64,000 bases of DNA. It comes from Enoplolaimus lenunculus (lineage: Eukaryota). Shown piece after piece: positions 1-12,400 of this stretch. Below the pieces are notes generated by a model. The model worked only from the letters and a program-made list of their open reading frames with translations, did no database searches and was not told the origin of the DNA. The stretch is from NCBI GenBank assembly GCA_030248215.1, contig JASANG010003582.1, forward strand, positions 434,001 through 498,000, given 5' to 3'. Numbering within the stretch: the first letter of the stretch is position 1; every line of letters begins with the position of its first letter. The translations under genes and the position numbers were made by a program.

Positions 1-1565
1 ACCACTTTTGGGCAAATGCGGACTTGGGGGATACTGGAAAGACCACAATCTCCCACTTGACCTGCACAAGATAATTTCATGTAATTCTGATTCCTATTGA
101 TAAGGACATCTACCTTACATCTTACATTATAAATGGTTTTCATCGTTTTAGCAAAACAGCTTCTCTGAAAATCAAAATTTGGTTCGCCTAGCAAGGTGAG
201 CTGGCTATGGGCTGTTGCGTATTAAAAAGCCACAAACCACTTCGATTGCAACCGATTTCTTTCGAATCCCTAACTAAACCATTCTATTGTCATCTGTGCT
301 GTTTGTGTAACTCTTCCCATAAATATATTTTCTTACATTTTCAGACTGCGATATACCACCATGTTTTTAGAGCAAGCAGGCGCGGTATTCAACTAAAACG
401 CGTAAATTTACGACGATATTACTTAAAAAAGCAAGCGTTGTTTTAACACCAACCCCGCCTTATAAAGTCTTTTGTGTTGCTTCAACATTGCATTTTTGCA
501 CTATATTTCACTATATGCCACATGTATTTGTGTTGTCGCTAGCACTGTCTTATTGAACGGGGCATTGAGCTTTTGGGTTCCCCAACAGAGATTAAAACTA
601 TTAAGTATTTATTGCTAAAATTACTGGTTTGATTTCGACGTCGGTTCACTCGCGAGGTCTTTTCCAACCATTATATATGACGCAGTTTGTCCTGTTGGAA
701 ACGTTTGGATCCGTCACTGTGGTATAAACGTGGCGTAGTCACGAATTTGAATCCGAGCGGGTCGTAACTGAAAACAACGACGAAAATATTGCGTCTTAGA
801 CGAAGAATTGGTAAATTGTAACCGACAGGTTTAATGAACCCGTGTCCTTACGCTACAGAAACGACACTGAAACGAAACCGGACTGGGGTGTGACCGTCAT
901 AACCCCACTATTTCTGAATGAGTACACCTGTGTACTCTAGTAAAATACAACAACAAACTCTCACTGCGGTTGACTGCAGCGTGCAATACGAGAATTTTTA
1001 CGTGCAACAAAATTGCATTTTTAACACAAATATACAGTACTGTTTGCAAATATATTAAAGGGACGCATTTTTAAACAGTATACTTTAGATGATTTTTTTT
1101 CGGCATATACAGCAAGTGGCGTAACGAGAAAACTAGGAATTTGAGGGCTCCGGCACAGGAAAATGGTCAAATATACGCTTTTAAGATAGAATGGAAACAT
1201 CGGTAACGATTACTTGTAATGACAGTACGTCTATTTGACAAGAAACAGTATTGCGTTTGGCGTCCGGCCTCAACGAACCCTTTGAGTTAACACACGGCTG
1301 TTACGGAATGTTACGTAAATGTTATACTACTACTCTTATGTTGTTTTGTTCGTCGTGTACTTTTTTGTGTAGTCAAACTCGACAAAGTTTCAGTTGAAAA
1401 TTGTGATAAAGATGTTTAACACACTGCAACACCCATTTTTCTAGCTTTTAATTGATTGTTTTATTTAGCATGCTGGTAGTCTTTAAGTAACCATTAGCGA
1501 ATTTCAGATGCGAGGTACGCACCCTGTCAGAAATTTTTTTGTGATAAAATTGTACTATCATTCCA

Positions 1566-1730
1566 CTGGCGCGTAGCAAAGGTGGGGGGCAGGGGGCTCA
1601 GCTTCCCTGGAAAAATTTTGGCCCCCGCTGGAAAATTTTCAATCTTGCTTGTAACTCAAACAAAACTCTTATATGCCCCTCCTGAAATTTTTTTAGCCTC
1701 CCCCAGCAACGTGAGCTGGCTACGGGCCTG
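1566..1730 (+). mobile_element. hAT-like MITE, family A (~165 bp)
   Basis: Ends match the family TIR CAGGCCCGTAGCC...GGCTACGGGCCTG; the internal sequence is shared with more than 15 copies in the window. It is nested in a family D copy. Confidence 0.75.
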
Positions 1731-2693
1731 TCCGACCATACCTTGGAATTTTGCCATCTCAGAAAATTGGCACATATATAGCATACAGTAAAAATTGCGT
1801 TTCATAATCTTTGCCAGCCCGCTGCCCGTCAGAAGTGTTTGGACCCGCCGCTGCACGTACCCCGTGATGAAATGGTTGTTTTGGCTGTATATTTTTTGCT
1901 TTAAAAATTAAGTCTGGCCAATAGGTCGAGGAAGTCAGGCAACAAAATGTGGAACCGCCTAGAAATTATGACGCGGTGAAAGTCAGAACGTAAAATGTGG
2001 TTCGGGCAATTTGATTTAAATGGTATAAATAATTCGTTGTCCAGCAACTCGTCGACGAACAAGTTTTAGTCTGAAATCTCGTCGACTTGACAATTTGTCG
2101 CCTATCATAATGCTTACTTAAATATAGGCTTAGGATTACACTGAAGCTTAGGCTAAGAAATAGGCGATTGTCGATCAACAAGTACCCGTAGATTCGGTTT
2201 ACATTTTAAACCTAGACTCGTGTGAAATTTTAAGAATTGGTTATAAATTAGTGATAATTCCGCTATTTTGTTTGCGCGTAGTATAAATTAGCTACCAGTC
2301 CCGAAGCGAGCTAAATATGCTATAGGAGGTTGGAGGCAAAACTTTGTTGTTGCGACTATTCTGTGGGGCGAAATATTTTCTAGGACGACACATCCCACCG
2401 TCACACTGTGTTCCTCGGGTTATGGGACCGGAAACAAAAGCCATATAACTTAAAGCCAGCATTATTTCTTTTCTACATAATATTCTAGAATATTTGTTAA
2501 CGCACTACGCTATCATGGATTTAATGTATACTATTTAATACACATTAATGTGGAAGTGATAGAATTGTTCGAACTCTAAGTATTGCAAGTTTCCAACGAA
2601 AGGTAAGGTTCGCGAAACTCACAAATTTTTTTAACTCGGATTTTTGAGCTGTTTGATTAGAAAACACATTGTGAGCTTCAGATGAGCTATTTC

Positions 2694-2980
2694 GTAGGCC
2701 AATATGCTATTCAGGCCAATAACTAATTGGTCTAGGCCAAACTGCTATTTTATGTAATTGCAGTTTGGTCTGAGCTAAACAGTTATTAACCTTATAAACC
2801 AATCAGCTTTGATTACGTTGACATACGCATTACCGTTAACCAATCAGCGTTGGTTTTACATCACTGTTGTTTTGAGACATCTCACAATCGTTACTTGGCC
2901 TAGGCCAAACTGCTATTTGCTTCGAATAGCACATTGGCCTAGGCCAATTGGTAATTGGACCGAATAGCAGATTGGCCTAC
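2694..2980. mobile_element. Fold-back/MITE-like element with long imperfect inverted arms
   Basis: GTAGGCCAAATATGCTATTC... pairs with ...GAATAGCAGATTGGCCTAC; internal repeats of TAGGCCAAACTGCTAT. Confidence 0.6.
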
Positions 2981-3067
2981 CACATATACATAACTCATTC
3001 ATTTATTTATTAGTTTGTTGTTTCAGCCCGACAACTTGCCCAGTTCTGACGACTTCCGTGTGTGGCG

Positions 3068-3443
3068 ATGCCAAAAATCAGTCAACCCGCGTCTGCTCAT
3101 ATTGAAGCCGAACTGACATCAGTGATATATCAGACAAAATGGTACGATCCAACATTTCCACCATTTCAACGAAATTATCGTCAATTAGACGGACCTGGTA
3201 CTACTAATCAGTCTTCGCCTGTCAAATCTGGTGATAAAGCCGCCTCTGGGATATCAGCTGATCATAGAAATATCACAGTCGACAGACATGGAGAATACTC
3301 GATTGAATCAAGTGATCGACAAAAGTTTGGACCATCCGCAGCGATTGGTCGATATGAAGAGTACAGCGAAGAACGACGATATTATCAGCAACGTCAGACG
3401 AACATGCAGGATGGTGGTGACACTGGTGTGAAGAAGGTTTATG
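3068..3443 (+). CDS. Plakin gene exon 1 (putative start; low-complexity N-terminus)
   Basis: TTTCAG acceptor at 3021-3026, in-frame TGA at 3047, ATG at 3068. The phase-1 donor G|GTAGTT at 3443/3444 matches exon 2. Confidence 0.6.
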
Positions 3444-6400
3444 GTAGTTAATCTCTTCATACACGTACAAGGAATATGCTAAGAGAACCTAACTGCAAAC
3501 TGGCTATGGGCAGGGTGCAACCGGAATTCCGGTTCCGGTTCCGGCATTTTTTCACCTTCCGGTTCCGGTTCCGGTTCCGGTAAATTTTTACCGGATTTAA
3601 AAATTCCGGTGTTATAATTTGGCCGTTTTCTTAACTTTGCTAATTTTTAAGAATCTCTTTTGAAAGCCACTTATACTCCAAATATAAGCCAATGATGGTG
3701 GATTTCACTTCAGTCGACGACGAAAATCTAAAATACAACAAATAAAATAAATACCTATGTTCGACTAAGGTTGTTTCACAAATAATAGAGCAAAAAATAC
3801 GATTAAAATGAAATTTTTGGTGAAATGCATTTTTCATTTTCCGGTTCCGGTTCCGGTAAAATTTTCAAATTCCGGTTCCGGTTCCGGTAAATTGTAATTC
3901 CGGTTGCACCCTGGCTATGGGCTGCGAGGACGTGGTTCGGAATTTTTGAAAGAAGTCGGTCGAGGCAACACTTGATCAATAAGTTCCAATGTTAGTAAGA
4001 TAATAAAAGTGCAAAACAAGTTCGAGAGCGAAACGACGAGAAGTTATATCTGAACACAAATTTGGGGATTTTGATGTTTGCTGTGTGACAAGGCTTTGAT
4101 GGTCCCTTGAATCCATCAGTAGTATCTTTGTATCTATTTTCTTTGACAGATACGAGACGCCAGGGACTGCAACTATCAGATGATGACAGTTCAATTGGTC
4201 TCGATGGTGTGTATCAAGAATACGATCGGCGACAGCATCGGCGAACGAAGAAAGGAAGTCGCCAAGGCGTTTCAGCTGGAGTCACTGAAATTGAAGCGAC
4301 TGCAACGATGAACGGTATCGATAAGGTGTCACCGCGTGATTCAACAGCGAATGCAGCTTCAATTGTGCGACGTGGACTGACAAATCAAATGCAACCAGCG
4401 AAAGTGAGTCTTTTATTAAATAATAAATTTTTGAAGCAAAATATCAATGCGTTCGAATTTTTGTGTCTGATGCAAACATTTTTTCTGCGTCATCAGACCG
4501 CTAGACTGCGAGATGAACCACGAACGAACTGCGGTGAGATGGCCGTTCTTGTACATGTTCCGAATATATGGCTGGACCATTTTTCAAACGTTGACGACAG
4601 CCTTGTGATGAAATAGAAAATATTCATACAGGAACGGGTACGACGGGCACGTAGCCAAAGAGGAAACAATGGGGCTCAATCCGGGTGCAACGGGAATTAT
4701 AAAATACCGAAACCGGAAAGTTAAAAAATACCAGAACCGGAACCGGTACGCTCAATCTCCCCCTACAAACACTTTATCCTTGTTTTTAGAAACGTTTTAA
4801 CTTTACTTGCAAGTACGCCCATCTGAAATTTTTTGGCACCTCCGTCCTATAATCATGCTGGGTATTGCTTGAAACCTCCAACTACGCAAGCGATATTGAT
4901 TACACCTCAGTTTGGTGAATAGTTTTTGAACAATTTTAAGCTTTTGGTTATTTGACGATTGCAAATTTCACAATCCATCCCTACGCAAAGTTTCAAAATT
5001 TTCTCAAAATTATTAATGTTTCTTTGTTGTAGCAAGACTTAACACCTGAAGAAATCGAACGCATAGCCGCTGGAGTAAAAAGCGAAGTTGATGTGATCAA
5101 TCAAAAATTTGATAATATTTCGACTCGTATGGATGAGGTAAGCAATACCGTATTAATGCCGTTTTGTGTAATGAAAGATCTTTGTAGGCCGACTGATGAA
5201 AGGTATGTTTGTAGGCCGGCTGATGAAAGGTATGTTTGTAGGCCGGCTGATGAAAGGTATGTTTGTAGGCCGGCTGATGAAAGGTATGTTTGTAGGCCGG
5301 CTGATGAAAGGTATGTTTGTAGGTCGGCTGATGAAAGGTATGTTTGTGGGCCGGCTGATGAAAGGTATGTTTGTAGGCCGGCTGATGAAAGGTATGTTTG
5401 TAGGCCGGCTGATGAAAGGTATGTTTGTAGGCCGGCTGATGAAAGGTATGTTTGTAGGCCGGCTGATGAAAGGTATGTTTGTAGGCCGGCTGATGAAAGG
5501 TATGTTTGTAGGCCGGCTGATGAAAGGTATGTTTGTAGGCCGGCTGATGAAAGGTATAGGTTAGTAACACTAAAACTAGTGTTCCGTTCTTCAAAGGCTT
5601 ACGCATTGAAAAGACTCTTTCTAAACCTAAGCCTAAGCCAGAATCTAAGTATTAATGTGAGCAAAAAGAATTGATTATTCTTTATGGCTGTCGTCAACCG
5701 AGTGTTAATATTGGAGTTGTACGGTCATTACAGGACCGCAACCAGCTCACCTTTTCTAGACGGGAGGGGACAAAAAAGTTTTCAGGACTGGCATGTAAGG
5801 ATTGTCGATGACTTACAAGCAAGGTTGAAAACTTTCTAGTCGGGCAAAGTTCTTTCGAGGTGGGACTGAGTTGCCCCTGGCTCACCTCTGGCTACGAAAG
5901 CAGCGGATTAGACAATATGACGAGCTACGTCGGACGATGAATTGTCGTGATATCCAATCTTATATGTATGTACGCGGTGAATTTTCATCAGCTAAAAGTA
6001 TTTACCAGTTAAAGTGGTTGCGTTTAGAAGATTTACAACGCCAAAATTTCAAAGATTCTATTAATTGCAGAATACGTATATAATTCAAAAACAAACTTCT
6101 TGTTTTATGCTGATGTGTAATACGTATGTTGAGCGTTCCAGCTTTCATTATATATAGCTTCTGCTGTCGATTGTTTCAAAACCGCTGAAGAATTCATTGA
6201 CCCCGATTTGACTCGCCTTTGACTACATTACCTGTGCTCGTAAATGATATTTCAGATTGAAGTTGAAGACGATACAATGTTGTGTCATCCGAAACATGTC
6301 GACAACTTATTAGTCGAACTCGAACGACTCCATAAACCAATCAATGAATTGTCTCGCGAGTGTAATTTGCTCAGACAAGCTAATTATTCGAATTTCAACG

Positions 6401-9400
6401 ATTATTATCAAAGGTAAGAGACAATGTTATTTTTTGGGCCGTAACAGTAAGTTAAGCGTGTTCCTAAGCCAAAACCTAAGCGTTGCAAAAGCGTATTCCT
6501 AAGCCCAAGCCTAAGCCTATGCCTTAGCCTAAGAAAAAAATGCAGTCTAGAATGTAAGCCTACTCTTTTACAGACCCACCAGAAACCGGGACGGCCCTAA
6601 AAGTAACATGGGCCAAGGTAAGAATATATTTGTAAAACGTATTTATACATACACAGTCTACAGTAGGATCACGACAATTCGTCGTCCGACAACTCGTCGA
6701 CTGCCACGTCGTAATCTGAGATTTGATCGACTCGACAATTCGTCGCCCATCATTATGCTTTTAGGCTTAGACTTAGGCTCAGGATTACGGTTTAGAATTA
6801 TGCCTAGAATTATTCAACGGCTACCACAACTTGTTGTTGGACAACAAGTTGTCGGACGACGACGATTGTAAATTCGTCTACGCGATACACAGCCTACTGT
6901 GAAAACCATTGGCATTCTCAGGATTGGATGACAGTATCATTTTGATACGTACTTTGTTCAGAAATAAAAATTCATTGAGACTAAAGCATATTTTTAATTA
7001 AGAAGATTGTCAAAGGTTCAAGAGTCGTGTTTTTTCGCTTCAATTTTGGTTTCGCTGACTGTTTTGGTGTTTGGAAGACATTTGAAAAGCTGTTAATTGC
7101 AATCTGTGTTCTCGCTGCACGCGGTTGTTGAACGCATTAGCCTGTTTAGATTAATTAATTTGGTTTTACTTGAAAATTTATTGCGATGCCAGCTGCAGGG
7201 AAGAGCGGTCTCGGTGTCGGGCAGGTCTCCGGATTTGGCTGGTCTCGGTCTCGGTCTCGCTTTTTTTGACCGCCCATCCCTGGCCAGCTGTATACAGCGC
7301 ATGCTGCTGATGCATCGAAAAACTATAAACCCAAAACAACTGGTTTGATGTTAGCACACCCGCAGGCATTCGGGCAGGGTAATCATTTGGGCGTAGACGA
7401 AACAATTTGAGCATTGATAGAACAATCCATTGGTTATGAAAGTTTTAGAGCGTACTGAGAATTCACTGAACTACAGCTACAAATAAACAGGTTATAGTTT
7501 CCAATCATCAAGAGTTGTGGAATATAACTTTTAATTCCTATACTCTGGTTCCTTAGTGAGACAAGAAGCATTTACTCATAGTTGAACCTTAATCTCCGCA
7601 GCGTGTGTTTGGAACGTCCATCACACTCCTACAAGCTCGTAGCCAGCCCACCTTGCTAGGGGTGCTGGAAAACTTTTGAGGAGGGGTATACAACGGTTTG
7701 CGATGATTTACAAGCTAGTTTGAAGCTTTGGTTGGGCAAAATATTTCTAGGGGGCGTCTGAGTTCGAGTCGCCGAGCCCCCTTTGGCTACAGGCCCAGAA
7801 TTCTGTTCCTATAATTCAGGATTATTTACGCATTAACGTCCCAAAGTGACCGTACCTAATAGTAGGTACAAGGTCTCTTGAGCTTGTACACTTTCTCCCG
7901 CAATTTTAAACCTAAACCTAAAACTAAGCGTGAACTTAAGGCCTAAACAAGCCTAAATGTAAGCCTAACCCTAAGCCTAAATGATATATGCCACAATATA
8001 AAAATTTTGACACCTGTAGCGGCAAAAGTGTACAACAGCTAAAACATGTAAATTAGCTGAGATGACTGCAGCCAACAACTGCATTAAGCGTCATATACAT
8101 GCAAAACCATCCAGTTTGTCTTGTACAGTTCAATTTTTTATTCACTCCACAGCTCAAAAGTAGCCAAAATTAGCAAAATTAGCATTAGTTCGCAATTTTA
8201 GATATTGTGTTTCAGCTGGTTGCCATTTCTACTATACACGTAGATAAAAAGCCAGTATATGCTTATTCACCGTAGTGTATTTTTGCTTTATGAAAGTTTA
8301 TTTTTAGAGCGCTTTATAGTTTTGATGATTGCTATGGTTTGAAATTTTGTGAAGTTAGTTGAAAAATACATTGTAGGCGTGTAGACTGTTAGCGAACTGC
8401 TCGCGAGCGAGAAGTAAACCGCAATTTTGATACTGAATGTGTAGAAATTTTTAGGTTAATCCTAGTTGCAGGTGTCTAAGCCTTGGTGCCTCCCAGGGCA
8501 CAACCGGAATTCTGATTACGATTAGAATTCCGATTCAAAACGAGTTCCGATTCCGATTCCGATTAGAATTCCGATTCAAAACGAATTCCGATTCCGATTC
8601 CGATTGCATAATCAATCGGAATCGGAATTTTCAAGTTTTAATTTTAATCTGACTTGTTCTGATACGTTGTATAAAAATTTAGTATTATTTATCTATTAAA
8701 TTGCTTTTGATGTGTTATCTTATCAATGGTTGATTGTAGATTAGCGTTTACAGAACCAAATATCATCGCAGCTTGTTCATGCAACCTTTTTGAAAATTGT
8801 TGCAAACCAACTGGCACTGTTAATCAACATGATATTTGACAATACAAACTATCCGTACAGTCACAAAATTTCTAGTTACGATTCCGATTCTGATTACAAT
8901 TCCGGTATAAATTTGCTGTTCCGATTCGGATTCCGGTATAATCCAGTTCCACTTTGCACCCTGGTGGCTTCCCTTGGATCCGCTGGTGCCAGGGGTCTAG
9001 CTCGATGAATAATTCACTGTGTAGATGTTTCTAAATTAAAAATATTATATATAGAACACTGACTTAACTTATTGCGTCGCTGCAAAACTTATGTATACTT
9101 ACGATTAGACACGGAATCAGAGCGTAACCAACATTGGCTGGGTTTCTGAAATCTTACTTAGGTATTTGCTAAGTAATTACTTTTGTCGTCGAATTGAGTA
9201 AATAGATAACTTTTTGAGCAAAAACAAATTACCGTGAAATGTGAGTCATTGTCATAACAAGAAAAGCAAAGTTATGCTTTATGTTAACGAAGCATCATGA
9301 ATCTGTAATTTTAATTAGACCAAGGTTAATATGTCTGACCTGTTAATCTGTAGCAATATATTAAATTTAGTCATCGACTAAAGTATTAACTTACGTAAGC

Positions 9401-12400
9401 TATTAAAAACGATAAAATGGTTAAGTAATTGCTTAGCACGTAAGTACGAAGTCGTACTTAACAGGGTTTCAGAAAACCAGCCATTATTAAGTGCTCTTTT
9501 TTTGAAAATATACTCTTTAGAGACCTAGGAGCAGCAATTAGTTGTCTCTGCAAACCAAACTGCTGCTAAATATGGCAAAATAAACCGTCTATGGTAACGG
9601 CCACAATCATGTATCGACCGCTAGTGTAATCCACCGTGTACTGTACACTTATTATGAAAGCTGTAATTGTAAAACACTAGCTTAACCCTTTCTTACATGA
9701 ATATTTTCTATTTCATCTGTTACCTAAACACTGGAGTGTTAGGCGTTTACCATCTCACCACTCAGCTATAGCAGTTTGACGCTCAAGTCTGACGGAGGTG
9801 TTTTTACGTCTTGTGGAGATTTTACACGGCGTATACACGTCAATAGTTTATACACAGTGCATTGGCCATTTTGTTCATTATAACTTCAGTTCCGCTCTTT
9901 GTGGTCACTAGTTGCTTGTATTCAAATTTAAGTGAGAAGGTGTTATATCATAGCTTCAAAACTTAAAAGTCAAACTTACCAAAATCACACCAGCCATATC
10001 TCTGCAAATTAGTGACTGCGTAGTATTTCAGAATAAACGGTCTATACCAACGACGTCAAGCATGCCTCGACCGGCTGTGTAGTCCACCGTTTATGGATGC
10101 AGAATTCATTGCCGGATACGCTGCCGGTGGTTTTGATTCCGGTTTTGGATCTCCAGTCATCGGCGCTAGAGGCCGCAGCGGTCGTCCGATCATAATCCCT
10201 GGCGGTACGTTTACTTCCGCGTCACAGTACAACAGTATCGACAAACAAACCAGTCGAATGCGAACAACATCAAAGCGTGCCAGCGACACTGGAAAACGAC
10301 TAAGTGGATCGTTGAATCGTAATGATTTGTTGGCAATGCGCCAATATGCTCAACAACAACAACAACAAACAGGAGTGCAGCAAACATCACAATCGATGCA
10401 TGATTTACGATCGAGTAAAGTTAAACATCGGGTTATTTACAATATTTACAATCATTATGGAAGTTTCGGCGGAGGACATCGAAGTGACATGACTGATAGC
10501 GGATACGACGAAGCGAACGAAGAACATATGTTGTGGATTGAAGCAATGCTGGTTAGTTGTCTGTGACGTGCTGAGAAATTTGTATTATTCGGGTGCGAGC
10601 ACCAGAAAACGACAAATATATTTGCTGTTAAAATAGAATTGGCGAAATGTAAACCTGTGTGATAGGCTGTTGAAAAAAACCTAGCGAGAGAAGCGAGCAA
10701 GAAACCAGATAAGCATGAATAACTGCGATGTGAGCAAAATTACTTGAAATCGGCATTGTCGATGTGTGGTAAAATTTCAGGGTCGACTCGAAGATATTGA
10801 ATACGTATGTGACGATAGAGTGCTGGAAGAGTTACTTGAAGACCACAAGAAAATTCATCAAGAAATTGTTGATTTTAGACAAGTCGTTGATCAAGCTATT
10901 ATAAAACAGGTACTGCATCTGTGGTCAATTTACGACGTGAAGCTGCTGGTGCATTCGAAGACCGCAAATTGCAAGGCACATCCAGGGCCGGCGTTAGGGT
11001 AGTGGGCCCCAACAAACAGGCCCGTTGGGGTCCCCACTGAAATGGTTTACAGCTCCATAACATGGTGGTCCGCGAGAAAAATTTTAGCTTGCCAAGATAG
11101 GACGCGCCAGTCTACCAATTGTGGGGTTTTGGGAACACTTCCGTCTGCACTGGGCAGGGCATATCTATCACATGTTTAGGATCTTCGATTCAACATCCTG
11201 CACTCACAGGGTGTGGCGTAGCGAGTATTTTATTTCATAAGGGTACAACATAATGTAATCCTTTTGCGAAGCAGTGCAGACAGCGAAAATTTATTCAGCA
11301 AATTGTTCTAATACCAGTGATAGTGCTTTCTGCAAGGGACTTGACCATTCTAACGGAGTTAGTCTGGTCGGAAAATTGCTGTAATTCTAACGGGGTTAGT
11401 CTGTTCGGAAAATTGGTGTAATTCTAACGGGGTTAGTCTGTTCGGAAAATTGGTGTAATTCTAACGGGGTTAGTCTGTTCGGAAAATTGGTGTAATTCTA
11501 ACGGGGTTAGTCTGTTCGGAAAATTGGTGTAATTCTAACGGGGTTAGTCTGTTCGGAAAATTGGTGTAATTCTAACGGGGTTAGTCTGTTCGGAAAATTG
11601 GTGTAATTCTAACGGGGTTAGTCTGTTCGGAAAATTGGTGTAATTCTAACGGGGTTAGTCTGTTCGGAAAATTGGTGTAATTCTAACGGGGTTAGTCTGT
11701 TCGGAAAATTGGTGTAATTCTAACGGGGTTAGTCTGTTCGGAAAATTGGTGTAATTCTAACGGGGTTAGTCTGGTCGGAAAATTGCTGTAATTCTAACGG
11801 GGTTAGTCTGTTCGGAAAATTGGTGTAATTCTAACGGGGTTAGTCTGTTCGGAAAATTGGTGTAATTCTAACGGGGTTAGAATACACGGCTTTTGGAAAA
11901 CTTGGATAAGGCTGGAAACTCTGGAGTTGTGTAGACTTGTGGCTAGACTAAACAAAATCTAGGCATTAAGTGCACCGGATAGTGAAATAGGTTCAGTGCA
12001 AAAAAGGGCTACGCCAATTAGGACAGATACGGCGTGTCGTAATTGTGTGTACTGTATTATCGGTGCTATAACGGTTATTGGCTGGGGCGTTAAACATTTA
12101 CCCGGCCGCGTTACTGAATCAGAGCGATAGCTTGCATTGGGAAAGAACAACACAGAGTTCTGGTTTAGGGTTGCTTGCTGTTATAAATCACAAACTTCTC
12201 ACAAAGACGTTTTGGGTGATGATACATCTTGGCCCCTTATTGCTCCCCTTGTATAAATGCATCGTTTTTTAAAGATTTAAATAAAATATACACTCCAAAA
12301 ACGTTTTTTCAATTTATATATCCGTTAGCAACTCTGAGCCAACAAGTAGCCTATCCAGTGCTAAATAAATGTTTTCGCATTTGTTTTGCTAAACTTTTAA

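Noticed and set aside
5181..5557. CTGATGA...GAAA as tandem hammerhead ribozymes
   Set aside because: The two motifs overlap within the unit, and no stem II or stem III pairing could be formed.
5093..5674. Repetitive ORFs (RPADERYVC)n, (MKGMFVGRL)n and (HQPAYKHTF)n
   Set aside because: These are artefacts of a 27-bp minisatellite; only 5033-5137 is exon.
11347..11880. 37-bp repeat array (and the 36-bp array at 16865-17512) as CRISPR
   Set aside because: The units are directly head-to-tail with no unique spacers, there are no cas genes, and the context is a eukaryotic intron.
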